DNA of 64,000 nucleotides from Eledone cirrhosa (Eukaryota): NCBI GenBank assembly GCA_964016885.1, contig OZ024760.1, positions 32,860,001 to 32,924,000 of the forward strand, read 5' to 3'. Shown piece by piece: positions 12,698 to 24,932 of this stretch (position 1 is its first letter; each line of letters starts with the position of its first letter). The notes under the pieces were generated by a model. It saw only the letters and a program-made list of their open reading frames with translations, ran no database searches and was not told where the DNA came from. The position numbers and the translations under genes were made by a program.

Positions 12698-12904
12698 TTG
12701 CCGAAATGTCGTCCTTACGATCCATGTGCTCAATATTTCACCAATATCGTCAACGGACGTCGTACAGAGAACTTCATAGCTCGGGTGAACCTGTGTTGCT
12801 GCCCTCGTTCTCAACACTGTATTAAACCGGAGACGAAGGTCCGAAATGAAGACTTAGTCGGACCAGGAAATATACCGTTTGATCTGCATTACTGTTCAGC
12901 TTGA
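12698..12904 (+). CDS. Argos/giant-lens-like secreted protein, exon 3 of 3 (stop)
   Basis: Acceptor attccag|TTG, phase 0; LPKCRPYDPCAQYF...NLCCCPRSQHC...LHYCSA*. Total CDS 234 aa. Confidence 0.88.
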   Translation: MPKCRPYDPCAQYFTNIVNGRRTENFIARVNLCCCPRSQHCIKPETKVRNEDLVGPGNIPFDLHYCSA

Positions 12905-12910
12905 TCTTAG

Positions 12911-13250
12911 CACCACCACACAGACCTCACCGTTTGTAGCCCTCCTCCCACCCTGGGGTGTGTAGCCCCACACCCCACCACACAGACCTCACCGTTTGTA
13001 GCCCTCCCCCCCACCCTGGGGTTTGTAGCCCCACACACCACCACACAGACCTCACCGTTTGTAGCCCTCCTCCCACCCTGGGGTGTGTAGCCCCACACCC
13101 CACCACACAGACCTCACCGTTTGTAGCCCTCCCCCACCCTGGGGTGTGTAGCCCCACACCCCACCACACAGACCTCACCGTTTGTAGCCCTCCTCCACCC
13201 TGGGGTGTGTAGCCCCACACACCACCATACAGACCTCACCGTTTGTAGCC
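12911..13250 (+). repeat. ~62-bp GC-rich minisatellite, ~5.5 copies, just after the stop codon
   Basis: cagacctcaccgtttgtagccc at 12921, 12983, 13046, 13108, 13169 and 13230. Confidence 0.9.
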
Positions 13251-13956
13251 CAACCCATTTTTTTTTACTTTGGTGGCATTTCACACACACACATATATAT
13301 ATATATACACATATACACACATATATATATATAATCATTTAATTATCATGTTAGTGTGTATGTGTCAATGTCTTTGTGTGTGTGTGTGTGTAATGTCCAT
13401 GTGGCCATGTGTTAGTGTGTGTGTGTATGTCCATGTGTTAGTGTGTGTATGTGTCCATGTGTTAGTGTGTGTGTGTATGTATGTGTCCATGTGTTAGTGT
13501 GCATGTCCATGTGTTAATGTGTGTATGTGTCCATGTGTTAGTGTGTATGTGTATGTTCATGTGTTAGTGTGTATGTATGTGTGTATGTTAGTGTGTATGT
13601 GTATGTTCATGTGTTAGTGTGTATGTATGTGTGTATGTGTCCATGTGTTAGTGTGTATGTGTATGTTCATGTGTTAGTGTGTATGTATGTGTGTATGTGT
13701 CCATGTGTTAGTGTGTATGTTCATGTGTTAGTGTGTATGTATGTGTGTGTACTGGCCCCAGTAAATGTCATTCTCCCAGCAAAGATTCACACAACTCCCA
13801 TGAAGATTACAGTAACTATTCTAAAGATATAGAGTCCAGTACCAGCTTTATATACGGGGCTACAGTTCTTATAACCGATGACCCTCCACCCATTTTAAAT
13901 ATATTAAAATATAACAGTGGAGGTAAATGGCTCAGTGGTTATTTAATATTAGTTTA

Positions 13957-14142
13957 AGGCAGAATTGGTAGAGCGTTGGACAACATGCTTTGCAGCATAG
14001 AGTTATAGCCATTTACGTTCTGAGTTCAAATCCTGCCGAGGTAAACTTTGTCTTTCATCTTTACGGGGGTCGATAAAATAAAGTTCCAGTAATACACTGG
14101 GGTAATTGCTGGGCCTCCTTGTGCTAAAAGTAGAAAGAATTA
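13957..14142 (+). mobile_element. SINE family B
   Basis: ggcagaattggtagag...gagttcaaatcctgccgagg...gataaaataaagttccagtaatacactgggg. Confidence 0.8.
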
Positions 14143-15379
14143 TTAGTGAGAACGGAAGTCTTCTCACAGTTACATAAACCACTTACATGTAAACACCATT
14201 CATTAAGATAGAAAAAAATATGAAGAAAACTTAATGTCGGGGTGTGGACTGGGGGAATTCTATATACGTTATAGTAAAAGAAATATGTAAAATGTTGGTA
14301 AGGTTCAGTTTTGTGAGTCAACACAGCTGTTATATATTTCATGTGGGTGTAAAGATTCTGGTCCTTTTTTATTTACTGGTCTTTGTCATTTTGTTTGACT
14401 GTTTAAACAATTTAAAGAGGAAGAGTGAGAAAAAAATAAAAATGAAAGGGATGGAGACATAGTAATATATATTATAAGCATACACACATGTATATATATA
14501 CATATATATATATACATGTTTATATATATATATTATATACATATGTATATAATATATATACACACATACATTAATATATATATATATATATACACACATG
14601 CATTAATATATATATATATATAATGTATATATACGTACATGCACATATGTATATACACTTATACATGAGGTATATACACATATTTCGTACACAACTCAAA
14701 ACTCATTTTAAACATTATGCCTCCTAAAATTAGAACAATTTCCTAAAATTGTTCAAATTGCAATTCTTCACACATTTCCGTTTGTCTTCATTTATTTTTT
14801 CTTTTCTTTTATATTTTCCCCTTCATCTTCTTTCTGTCCTTTTAGTTTTAAGAAACAATTTATTACATACGAAAAAAAAACCCAGAAGACACAGGTTATA
14901 ACCACATACGCCTGTAAATCCTGTAAATAAGTTAATAAGTTACTCTGATAATTCATGTGAAATAAGATAGCTTTCTTGAAAACTATATAAAAAATACGTA
15001 AATAAAACGGCAGTTTTGATATTTTATTATTTGGAAGAAAACAGACGATATTTTATGGTCCACCATTTTAACTCTATTCTTTTGACATTCCACAGACGAC
15101 ATCTTCTATTAAAAGCGGATTTGTATTATTTTTTGTATGTTATATTTTATTTTATTTTTTGTTAGTTTGTTTCTTCCCCTATAATTTTTGTCCTAATTTG
15201 CAGTGGTTATTTCGTATTCTTGCCTGAATGCATTGTATACACTTTCACATAAATAATCATACGTTGGTGAATCTATGTACGGTGAAAGTATTTATATATC
15301 AACATATAGGCAGAAGTCTATTCATAGGAGTATATATATATAAATTCATATACATATGAAATGATATATATATATATAT

Positions 15380-15521
15380 TAGGGTTTCCCAAACTTTTTC
15401 AGAAACTTTTGGAGGAATTCAAAAGTCTAATCCTGTTATATGGTCGTAATATAAATATACTCCTCTACCTTTTTAACGGAAACCAGACACTCCTTTGTGA
15501 AACCCACTTTGGGAACCACTG
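15380..15521. mobile_element. hAT/Charlie-type MITE (~140 bp)
   Basis: Imperfect TIRs tagggtttcccaaa and tttgggaaccactg, flanked by TA runs. Confidence 0.6.
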
Positions 15522-15903
15522 ATATATATATGCAATTAGTTACGTCAGTGGTATACGTAGGTACTTACATTTCGATGAGTTTATCACCAGTTCGAGCCAG
15601 TCTGCTGTATTGTGGACTTCTCCATTACAATATGGCCGCCTGAATGAGTTGGTGTTAAAGCCAATGAAACTTAAGTATCTGTATAATGCCACTCTTGTAA
15701 TTAATTATACATAACTCGTCTCATGGACTGAGTGTTCTAAAACCTTGGATATTTATACCAAGTTTGTACTACAATATATTTGTAGAAAAACAAGGAATAT
15801 TTGCTGATATTCGATGATTCATTTATTGAATACTAGAAAGTTTTAAACATGTTTCACAGGTTATTTGCAGTTCATAATTGCAAGTGTCATAATTTTCTGT
15901 CAA

Positions 15904-16533
15904 GGGCGGTGGATTGGCAGTATCGGTAGAGGGTCGGACACCATGTTAGGGTGGTGGATTGGCAGTATTGGTAGAGGGTCGGACGCCATGCTAGGGTGGT
16001 GGATTGGCAGTATCAGTAGAGGGTTGGACACCATGCTAGTGTCGTGGATTGGCAGTATCGGTAGAGGGTTGGATGACATGCTAGGGCGGTGGATTGGCAG
16101 TATCGGTAGAGGGTCGGACGCCATGCTAGGGCGGTGGATTGGCAGTATCGGTAGAGGGTCGGACGACATGCTAGGGCGGTGGATTGGCAGTATCGGTAGA
16201 GGGTCGGACGACATGCTAGGGCGGTGGATTGGCAGTATCGGTAGAGGGTCGGACGCCATGCTAGGGTGGTGGATTGGCAGTATCGGTAGAGGGTCGGACG
16301 CCATGCTAGGGTGGTGGATTGGCAGTATCGGTAGAGGGTCGGACGACATGCTAGGGTGGTGGATTGGCAGTATCGGTAGAGGGTCGGACGCCATGCTAGG
16401 GTGGTGGATTGGCAGTATCGGTAGAGGGTCGGACGCCATGCTAGGGTGGTGGATTGGCAGTATCGGTAGAGGGTCGGACGACATGCTAGGGTGGTGGATT
16501 GGCAGTATTGGTAGAGGGTTGGACACCATGCTT
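15904..16533 (+). repeat. 45-bp minisatellite x14 derived from the SINE B 5' head
   Basis: Unit gggtggtggattggcagtatcggtagagggtcggacgccatgcta; the last unit continues into the SINE B body to ~16680. Confidence 0.92.
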
Positions 16534-17939
16534 TGAAGCATAGAGTTACCTCCCTTTATGACCCGAGTTCAAATCCCGCCAAGGTTAACTTTGTCTTTCA
16601 TCCTTACAGAGTCGATAAAATAAAGTACCAGTAATGCACTGGGATAATTGCTGGCCTTGTGCCAAAAGTAGAAACAACTATTTTCTGTCAACGGAGGGAC
16701 ATAGAAACAGCTGGTTGCTATAGTTTTCTTCATGGACAGAAGATGAAGGAACTCGTCATTTGATGAATAGACAACAGCTTGTGAAAAGTGTAAAGACAAT
16801 CCTAAATTGCTGGCCTTGTGCCAAATGCAAAATCAATTATTATTATTATTATTATCATATTTGTTTGATACGACAAAGTGAATAAATGTAATGTTCTACA
16901 TTTATAACTGCCAAAACAATAGAGGAATAATATATACATGTATATATATATATAAATGTGTGTATACATATATATATGTATATATATATACTAAACGAAA
17001 GATGCCTCAAATGATGAGGTCTACTGTTGCCTCCTTTGAGTAATTCTTAATGTGTTTTCCGTCTGGTCTCTTCTTGTGTTTCATTTCTTCATCTTTCAGT
17101 AATTCAAATATGTTTCAGGCGATGAATTGGCAATTGATTAACCCTTTAGCATTTAAAATGGTAGTATCTGGCCAGAAGTCACCCACCTGTTTCTCTTCAA
17201 ACCGGCTGTAACTGGCCACTCATACTGATGTTAAGGTATTGTTCCCAAAATTAATATCAAAATCTCATAGATTTGATATTATGTGAGATTAAGTCTTTAC
17301 TGTGAAAATAGAATAGTAAATATAAAGTGATGTAAATGTTAAAGAGTTAAACACTTTGGTATTTGATCTGGTTCTCTGTGAAATGAGTCCAATTTTGCCT
17401 GCCATCCTTTTGGGGATGGAGGTGTCGATAAATAAAATTCCAGGAAGACACTGGGGTCTATTTTTTCCTCTCTTTACCACTTTCTTTTGCTGTCTTTCCT
17501 TCTCTGTAAGAAATCAGCTGTACCCAGACATGAGAGGGTATGGGTGCTGCTACCACGGTTAAAATACCCAAGACACACAATATGTCATGACTGTACCATC
17601 ATGAGTTAAGGGCCCTTACCATTTCTTTTTTGCTCCCATGTACTGCTATTCATTATTCTCACTGATTCACTCACAAACTTGACTATTTCTTCCCTTCCTC
17701 TCTATCTATATATTTATTTCCATCATTTCCCCCCCCCCCCCCACCTCTCGATCAAAATCTGCCTCCACCTCTTCTCTTCATTTCACACCCTTTTTCCCCA
17801 CCTACACTTTGAAATCAGACTCTCTCTCTCTCAGTCCCTCCATCTCTCACTTATCACCTCTCTAATTCCTTTTCTCAGAGTTCTACCTTTTTTCTTTACA
17901 CTTCTATATTATTTGCACTGTCTCTTCCCCCTCTCTCTT

Positions 17940-17975
<36 letters not shown>

Positions 17976-18669
17976 TATATATATATACATGTGAACATAT
18001 ATAAATACACAGACACGCATCTATCTATATATGCATATACATGTGTATATATATATATATATACACACACACATGGGGAGTGAGACGCTTTAAGACGTTG
18101 ATATTGAATATATCTAAGATGTTTATAATGATGATGATGATGATGATGATTAAATGAATAAAATTATAAAATTATTTAAACTATCAAATTGTTCGACTTT
18201 ATTATTTCATAATTCATTTATGATGTCACCAATGTTATTTGGAGCTGCAATCATCTATGTCAAAATATTCCTGAAGTTAATATTGTTCCTCAACCATCTT
18301 CCACTTGCAAGAGGTCAGTCCCACCCCACCCTGAGGTCAGTTTAAGTTAGATATGGATTTTACTGTAGTTTAGGCTATTTTAAAATACCCCTCCATAGCC
18401 AAAATCTGTGATTCTTCCCTGAAACATTCTAATCACATGTATGATGTTTTTAATTCCTTTTCTCTACAATAAAGGAATTAGTTCTGTGTATACAAATCAA
18501 GGTCCTTTGACCTGATCACTAAGGGACAGCCCGTCCTACCCATGCTAGTGTGGAAAATGGATGTTAAATGATGTCTGGAACATGTCGGAGCTGCAATTGG
18601 AAAGTGAACTCATTGCAGCTACACTAAGTTCACTTTCCAACTTACCAACCACAAAGAAACCACCACCAC

Positions 18670-19016
18670 TAGTAGTGGTGGTGGTGGTAGTAGTAGTGGT
18701 GGTGGTGGTAGTAGTAGTGGTGGTGGTGGTGGTAGTAGTGGTATTAGTATTGGTGGCAGTAGTGGTGGTGGTGTTGGTGGTAGTGATGGTGGTGGTGGTA
18801 GTAGTAGTGGTAGTAGTGGTGGTAGTAGTAGTGTTAGTGGTGGTAGTAGTAGTGGTAGTAGTGGTGGTAGTAGTAGTAGTGGTGGTAGTAGTAGTAGTGG
18901 TAGTAGTAGTGGTGGTGGTGGTGATGGTAGTAGTAGTAGTGGTGGTAGTAGTAGTGGTAGTTGTGGTAGTAGTAGTGGTGGTGGTAGTAGTGGTGGTAGT
19001 AGTAGTGGTGATGGTG

Positions 19017-19048
<32 letters not shown>

Positions 19049-19064
19049 GGTGGTGGTGGTGGTG

Positions 19065-19096
<32 letters not shown>

Positions 19097-19232
19097 GGTG
19101 GTGGTAGTGGTGGTAGTAGAAGTAGTGGTAGTAGCAGTAACAGCAGTAGTAGTAGTAGTGGTAGTAGTAGTAGTAACAGTAGTAGTAGTAGTAGTAGTAG
19201 TGGTAGTAGTAGTAGTAGTAGTGGTAGTAGTA
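18670..19232. repeat. (GTA/GTG)n trinucleotide tract
   Basis: Directly visible; gives the spurious poly-T/V ORFs. Confidence 0.9.
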
Positions 19233-19396
19233 GGAGCAGGAGGAGGAAGAAGAAAAGGAAGAGGGACGGAAAAGAAGACAAAGAAGAGATATTTTCTTTC
19301 CAATAAACAAAAAAGATTGTTAAAGTGATTAAAGCATAAAACATTTATTTTCAAAATAAATAACGTTGCACAGTGACAAGGAAGACAAGATGGTGA

Positions 19397-19525
19397 TCAA
19401 TGGAATTTATGTTTGTCATATGTTGCTTGTTTACGACAACAGTAGACACAGAGAAGCAACACTGTGACAGACAGAAGCAGAATTGTGGGTAATATTATGT
19501 AAAGTTTTGTTTGCTGATCGCTCTC
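19397..19525 (-). CDS. ER membrane thioredoxin-domain protein (CG11790-like), exon 9 of 9: TM helix and KxKxx tail
   Basis: Acceptor ctatttcag; ESDQQTKLYIILPTILLLSVTVLLLCVYCCRKQATYDKHKFH*. AATAAA on the minus strand at 19344-19349. Confidence 0.88.
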   Translation of the reverse strand, partial: ESDQQTKLYIILPTILLLSVTVLLLCVYCCRKQATYDKHKFH

Positions 19526-19676
19526 CTGAAATAGAAAGACAGAGAAATAGAGTTTTAAGTTGTAACTGTTTCTCATTTTTGACCTTAATGTCTATGAGTG
19601 TATGTGAGTGTGTCTGTATATATACAAGTGTGGAAAAGCGGATGTAAACACGATAATGGTGATGATAATATACATA

Positions 19677-19929
19677 AATCATACACAAAACGCAAGCATC
19701 AACAGTTTGGCAAGAGATGTCAACATGAATGGACCTGTTATTTATATCTAAAGACATTTTTTCCAATTCCATCCCACCCGTTCACTCAATCTATCTTATT
19801 TCTCATTCTTTCTTCTGATGAAGGACTAGCGTCCGAAACGTTAAGACCCTCTTCCTGCTATATCAAGCGTTAACCTTGATATCCCTTCCATATACTGTAC
19901 CAATTGTGTTGTTATTTCTGTTTACCTTT

Positions 19930-19932
<3 letters not shown>
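19677..19932 (+). mobile_element. ~250-bp hammerhead-bearing repeat (HHR family 3), copy 2
   Basis: Homologous to 32335-32582 and to the reverse complement of 12459-12680; its 3' end abuts a (TA)n run. Confidence 0.8.
19811..19846 (+). ncRNA. minimal type I hammerhead ribozyme motif
   Basis: TCTT-CTGATGA-A-GGAC(TAGC)GTCC-GAAA-CG-TT-AAGA: stem I TCTT/AAGA, stem II GGAC/GTCC, palindromic ACGT in place of stem III. Confidence 0.65.
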
Positions 19933-19974
<42 letters not shown>

Positions 19975-19977
<3 letters not shown>

Positions 19978-22900
19978 AAGACAACCTCTCTAGCGCTGGT
20001 GGCACGAATAAAAACACCCAGTCCATGCTGTAAAGTGGTGCTGGTGTTAGGAAGGGCATCCAACCAGTATATATACTACTGCCAAAATTATGAGCACAAC
20101 AACAATAACACTAACCATGTTAGGGCTGCGCACGGTAGTGGGGTGGCTGGTGAGGCCATGTGCGAAAACCCTACGATCGTCATCAAGCAATCGCACAAAA
20201 GGAAAAAGAACGGGATGTCGCATCTCAGAGTTGCCACACTTAATGTTGGTACTCTAACAGGTAGATCTGGTGAGATAGCAGAGATGCTGGAGAGAAAGCA
20301 TGTGGATGCGTGTTGTGTGCAAGAGGTGAGATGGAGAGGTGCCTCTACAAGACTAATCGAAGGCAAACATCGTAGCTATAAGCTTTTCTGGGTGGGTAAT
20401 GATGATGAGTTAGGAGGGGTGGGCATATTACTGGCTGAGAGGTGGATCAATAAGACAATAGAGGTAGTTCGAGTTAGTGATAGAATAATTAAGCTTAGAT
20501 TAGCTGTAGGCAGGAGACTACTGACAATCATCTCTGCCTATGCTCCCCAGGCAAGCCTAGGTAAAGAAGAGAAAGACTGCTTTTACGAGCAACTTTTACA
20601 GACGGCCTCAATGACAGAGGACAGAAACATCGTTATGCTAGCAGGAGACTTCAATGGTCATGTTGGACAGCTCCAGGATGGATACACTGGAGTACATGGT
20701 GGGCACGGTTATGGCTCAAGAAATGAAGAAGAAGTGAGGCTTCTTGAATTTTGTTATGCAAATGCACTGACCATTTGCAACACTAACTTCCAGAAGCCTA
20801 CCAACCATCTAATAACCTACAAATCAGGCGAGCACATAAGCCAGATTGACTTCCTGCTAGTTAGACAGCGAGACAGACAGATAGTGTCAAATACTAAGGC
20901 ATACCCTGGGGAAGAATGTACCCCACAGCATAGGTTAGTCATTAGTGACATCTCAGTAAGTAAGAGAAATAATGAGACATACAGGAAGGTGTGGAAAAGA
21001 AAGGTCTGGAAGCTAAAAAACCTTTCATTAAAATATAAATTTAGCAAAGCCCTTCAAGATGTGTATGACGAAAAAGAAGACGATTTAGAGTTGTATGACA
21101 TAGATGATAACTGGAATTTCTTGCATGACAACTTACTGCAGGCTACTGAAGAAACTTGTGGTTGGGGCAGAGCTTCAACCAGACAGAGAGTGACCTGGTG
21201 GTGGAACAGCACGGTAGATAGGGCTATTAGAGACAAAAGACTGGCATGGAAAGCTTGGAAAAAGGGTGGGAGTAGAGACGGATACACAGCCGCTAAGAGA
21301 GAAGCTGGGGAGGCCGAGAGTAGGAGGTTTGCCAATGTTCTGCGACTGGAAGATCAGAGACGTGCGGTGTTCCACATTGAAAAGCAGTGTGTCAGTGCAA
21401 ATCAGGATGTTGTTGGAGATAAGTGTGTCAGGAATGATACCGGTGTACTTAGTGTCACGAATGATTAGAAAAAGGAGGCCTGGAAATGTCATTATGAGAG
21501 ACTGATGAATGTTGAGAACAAATGGGACAGAGAGGAATTACCCCCAATAGACCCGTCAGAGGGACCAGCTATTGAGATTGACAAATATAGGGTACAAGAG
21601 GCAATTAAGGAAATGAAGAATGGTAAGGCTGCTGGACCGTTGGGGAAAGTTGCTGAGATGCTGAAGGCATCAGGTGAAGTAGGTACTAAACTGGTTGCAC
21701 GCATCATTAATCAAGCTATATATGGTGGTGTCAAACCCAAAGACTGGTGCAGCAGTATTCTCATAGATTGGGGATGCTCTAGAGAGGAGCAATTATAGGG
21801 GCATAAAGCTGATGGATCAGGTTATGAAAGTGGCAGAGAGAATATTAGCGCAACTGATTAGAGAAAGGGTCAATTTAGATGAGATGCAGTTTGGTTTTGT
21901 GCCTCAGAAAAGTACAACAGATGCTCTCTTCATAGTGAGGCAACTACAAGAGAGGTTCTTAGAGAAGAATAAGCCACTATATTTAGCTTTTGTTGACCTA
22001 AAGAAGGCCTTTGATAGGGTACCCCGATCTGTCATCTGGTGGTTCCTAAGGAAACTAAGTGTAGAGGAATGGCTTGTGAGGACAGTGCAAGCCATGTACA
22101 GGGGTGCTTTCAGTAAAGTGAGAATAGGAATGGAGTTTAGTGAGGAATTCCAGATACAAGTAGGTGTACATCAAGGTTCTGTATTCAGCCCACTCTTGTT
22201 CATTGTAGTCCTCCAAGCCATAACAGAGGAGTTTAAGACTGGCTGCCCATGGGAACTTCTCTATGCTGATGATCTGGTTCTTATAGCAGAATCAGTAAAG
22301 GAGCTAGAGAATAAATTCTGGCTATGGAAACAGCAGTTGGAAGCAAGAGGCCTGAGAGTGAACATAGCTAAAACAAAGGCATTGATAAGTAGAAGAGAGG
22401 ACAATACTCTGATTCCATCAGGGAAATGGCCATGCTCGATATGTAGGAAAGGAACTGGCATAAATTTCATAAAATGTACACAATGCAGATCCTGGGTACA
22501 CAAGAGATGTAGTGGGACAGCAGGCAAACTATGTATGCAGTAGATGTACAGGGAAAGTTGGCAGTAGTAATCGCTGTGATAGACTCATTTTTCCAATGCA
22601 GGTGGGTTCTATAGAAGTGGTTGATAGCTTCCGGTACCTAGGTGATCAGATTAGCATGGGAGGGTGGGTGTTTCGAGGCCATAGTATCTAGAATAAGGAC
22701 GGGTTGGAAGAAGTTTAGGGAGCTGCTTCCTCTGTTGACAAAGAAAGGTTTCTCCCTGTGTACGAAAGGCCGGCTATATGATGCCTGTGTGAGATGCGCG
22801 ATGCTGCACGGTAGTGAGGCTTGGGCAGCAACTGCTGAAGATATGCGATGGCTGGAGAGAAATAAAGCAAGTATGCTCTGTTGGAAGTGCAATGTCAATG

Positions 22901-23235
22901 TGCGTGAACAACCCAGCATGAATGTGTTGAGAAAGAAACTGGGTATAAGAGGGATAAGTTGTGGTGTGCAGGAGAAGGCTGAGATGGTATGGACATGTGA
23001 TGCACATGGAGGATGACCGACGGGTGAAGAAGTGCCAGGAAGTCCAAGTGGAGGGAAGACGCAGTAGAGGTAGACCACAAAATCATGGGCGGCGGTGGTG
23101 AGAGCAGACCTCAGATCGCTGAAACTCACCGAGGAGATGACGAAGGACCGTAACAAGTGGAGAGATGCTGTGCTGAATAAGACCCGTCCCACCCTTGCAA
23201 GCAGGGAAAAGTGGACGTAAAATGATGATGAAGAT
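19975..23235 (+). mobile_element. RTE-clade LINE, near full length, decayed (intron 8 of the Trx gene, antisense)
   Basis: APE (ATLNVGTL, CVQEVRW, AYAPQ, GDFNGH) and RT (QFGFV, KAFDRVP, GVHQGS, LYADD) in several broken frames; 3' end ggacgtaaa(atg)n. Confidence 0.95.
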
Positions 23236-23242
23236 AAGATAA

Positions 23243-23282
<40 letters not shown>

Positions 23283-23339
23283 TAATAAAAAATGTGAAGA
23301 CAAAAATCCGAAGAGGGCTCGATAAGGATTATAGATATA

Positions 23340-24170
23340 CTAGCAGTGGTACCCGGCATTGCACAGGATAAGGTATTTTGGAATGCGGGCCGCCAACAGA
23401 CCTAATCGTGGAAAAACTGCATGCGTGGACAATATGTAAAGAAAATAAACCGAATACTCCGATGGTTGGATAATCCTTAAGATTTTCCTCAATGAAGCAG
23501 GTAAAATGCAGGTTTTCACCTAATGCGGGCCCTAGAGGATCAAGAAAATGAATTTTGTCTATGTGCATAATATGCCTTTAAATTTCGGGAAAATCGGTTA
23601 GATGTAACACCTCAAAAAAGCCCTAAAAAGCTGAAAAATTGAAGTTTTTCACCTAGGGGATGAAAAAGTTGAATTTTTTTAATGTACATAACACTCCCTG
23701 AAACATAAGTAATACACATGTAAAGTTTGAAAAAAATCGGTTGGGTACTTCTCGGGTTTCACACACACGCACACAAACTAAAAAAAATCAATCTGTGAAC
23801 GTAGAAGTAAATATTTCGAAAAACGTTGCAACCGAAGGAAAACAGGAAGACGATACTTTGGTTCGTGAAGACGTTCCCTGGGAATGAACGGAAAATAGTG
23901 AACATAATACGTCATCAATGTTCGTCAGAATGTCGTAATGCAGACAGCCAGGCATACAGACAGATATTATAAGAGAGCTACGGAGATGGATAACCGGCGC
24001 CTAACACCCCTTTAACAACAGAAAATTGAAAAATAAAAGCTGCAGTTAATATCTTTAGACCGCAAGGAATATATAAATGTAAGTTTGAAGTCAATCGGAG
24101 TTGAAATGTGGATTTGTATAGACATTGCAAAAATGAGGACACACACAGACAACTACAGTTTTATATATAT
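23340..24170 (-). mobile_element. non-autonomous Helitron
   Basis: The minus-strand 3' end has a GC hairpin (cctgtgcaatgccggg) followed by taccactgCTAG; the 5' end is tatatataaaactgtagttgtctgtgtgtgtc. Homologous to 28521-28958. Confidence 0.7.
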
Positions 24171-24238
24171 ATGTTTCAGAAGATCTCATTAAGGGTGAAA
24201 GCAGCGATTCTTTGCTTAAACTTTACTCTGTACTTATA

Positions 24239-24273
<35 letters not shown>

Positions 24274-24379
24274 AAACCCTCACCTTAAAATACATACATC
24301 ATCATCATCACAGTTTTACGTCCATCTTTCCACAACACATATTTATATGATTTGTGAATCTGATTCATGAAATACTTAC

Positions 24380-24416
24380 TTTTAGTTTCTGGACAATATA
24401 ATCAGTCAAAAGGTCA
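24380..24416 (-). CDS. Trx-domain membrane protein exon 8
   Basis: ttcttccag|T GAC...(F)DLLTDYIVQKLK|gtaagt; phases 2/0 fit the neighbouring exons. Confidence 0.85.
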
Positions 24417-24589
24417 CTGGAAGAAAAAATGAAGTTTTAGTTTTTGAATATATACATAGTGTGTCTAATATAAACATGAAGATTTGCTAGATATAGTAGC
24501 TAAATCTGCCTAAAATCCTGCCCCACTGACTTTAATGAGAAAGGATGGTCACAATTGAAATGTATTTTATCATATATATATATATCATT

Positions 24590-24932
24590 CATTTCATTTC
24601 ATTTCATTTTTACGTCCGCTTTTCCCTGCTTGCAAGGGTGGGACGGGAACTGATTTTGGCTTGATTTCTACAGCTGGATGCCCTTCCTAACACCAACCTC
24701 ATTTACAGTGAGTGCTGGGTGCTTTTTTGCCGTGGCACCTCCACGACCACTTTGCAGTGGAATGATAGGGACCCCAGTCCCTATCATCTCATTTCTACAG
24801 CTGAGTAAACTGGAGCAATGTGAAATAAAGTGTCTTGCTCAAGGAAACAACACATCACCCGGTCTGAGAATTGAACTCACAACCTTTCGATTGCAAGGCC
24901 AATGCTCTAACCACTAAGCCATGTGCCTCCAT
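24590..24932 (-). mobile_element. SINE family A (tRNA head, CORE-like body, RTE-derived tail), full length
   Basis: Near-identical reverse complement of 34895-35237. Confidence 0.9.

Noticed and set aside
15865-16541. 223-aa and 213-aa repetitive ORFs
   Set aside because: The 45-bp unit derives from a SINE head; the frames are open only because the unit is a stop-free multiple of 3.
18545-19354. Mucin-like Thr-rich exon on the minus strand
   Set aside because: It is a pure trinucleotide tract downstream of the Trx gene stop and poly(A) signal, with no convincing acceptor and no partner exons found.
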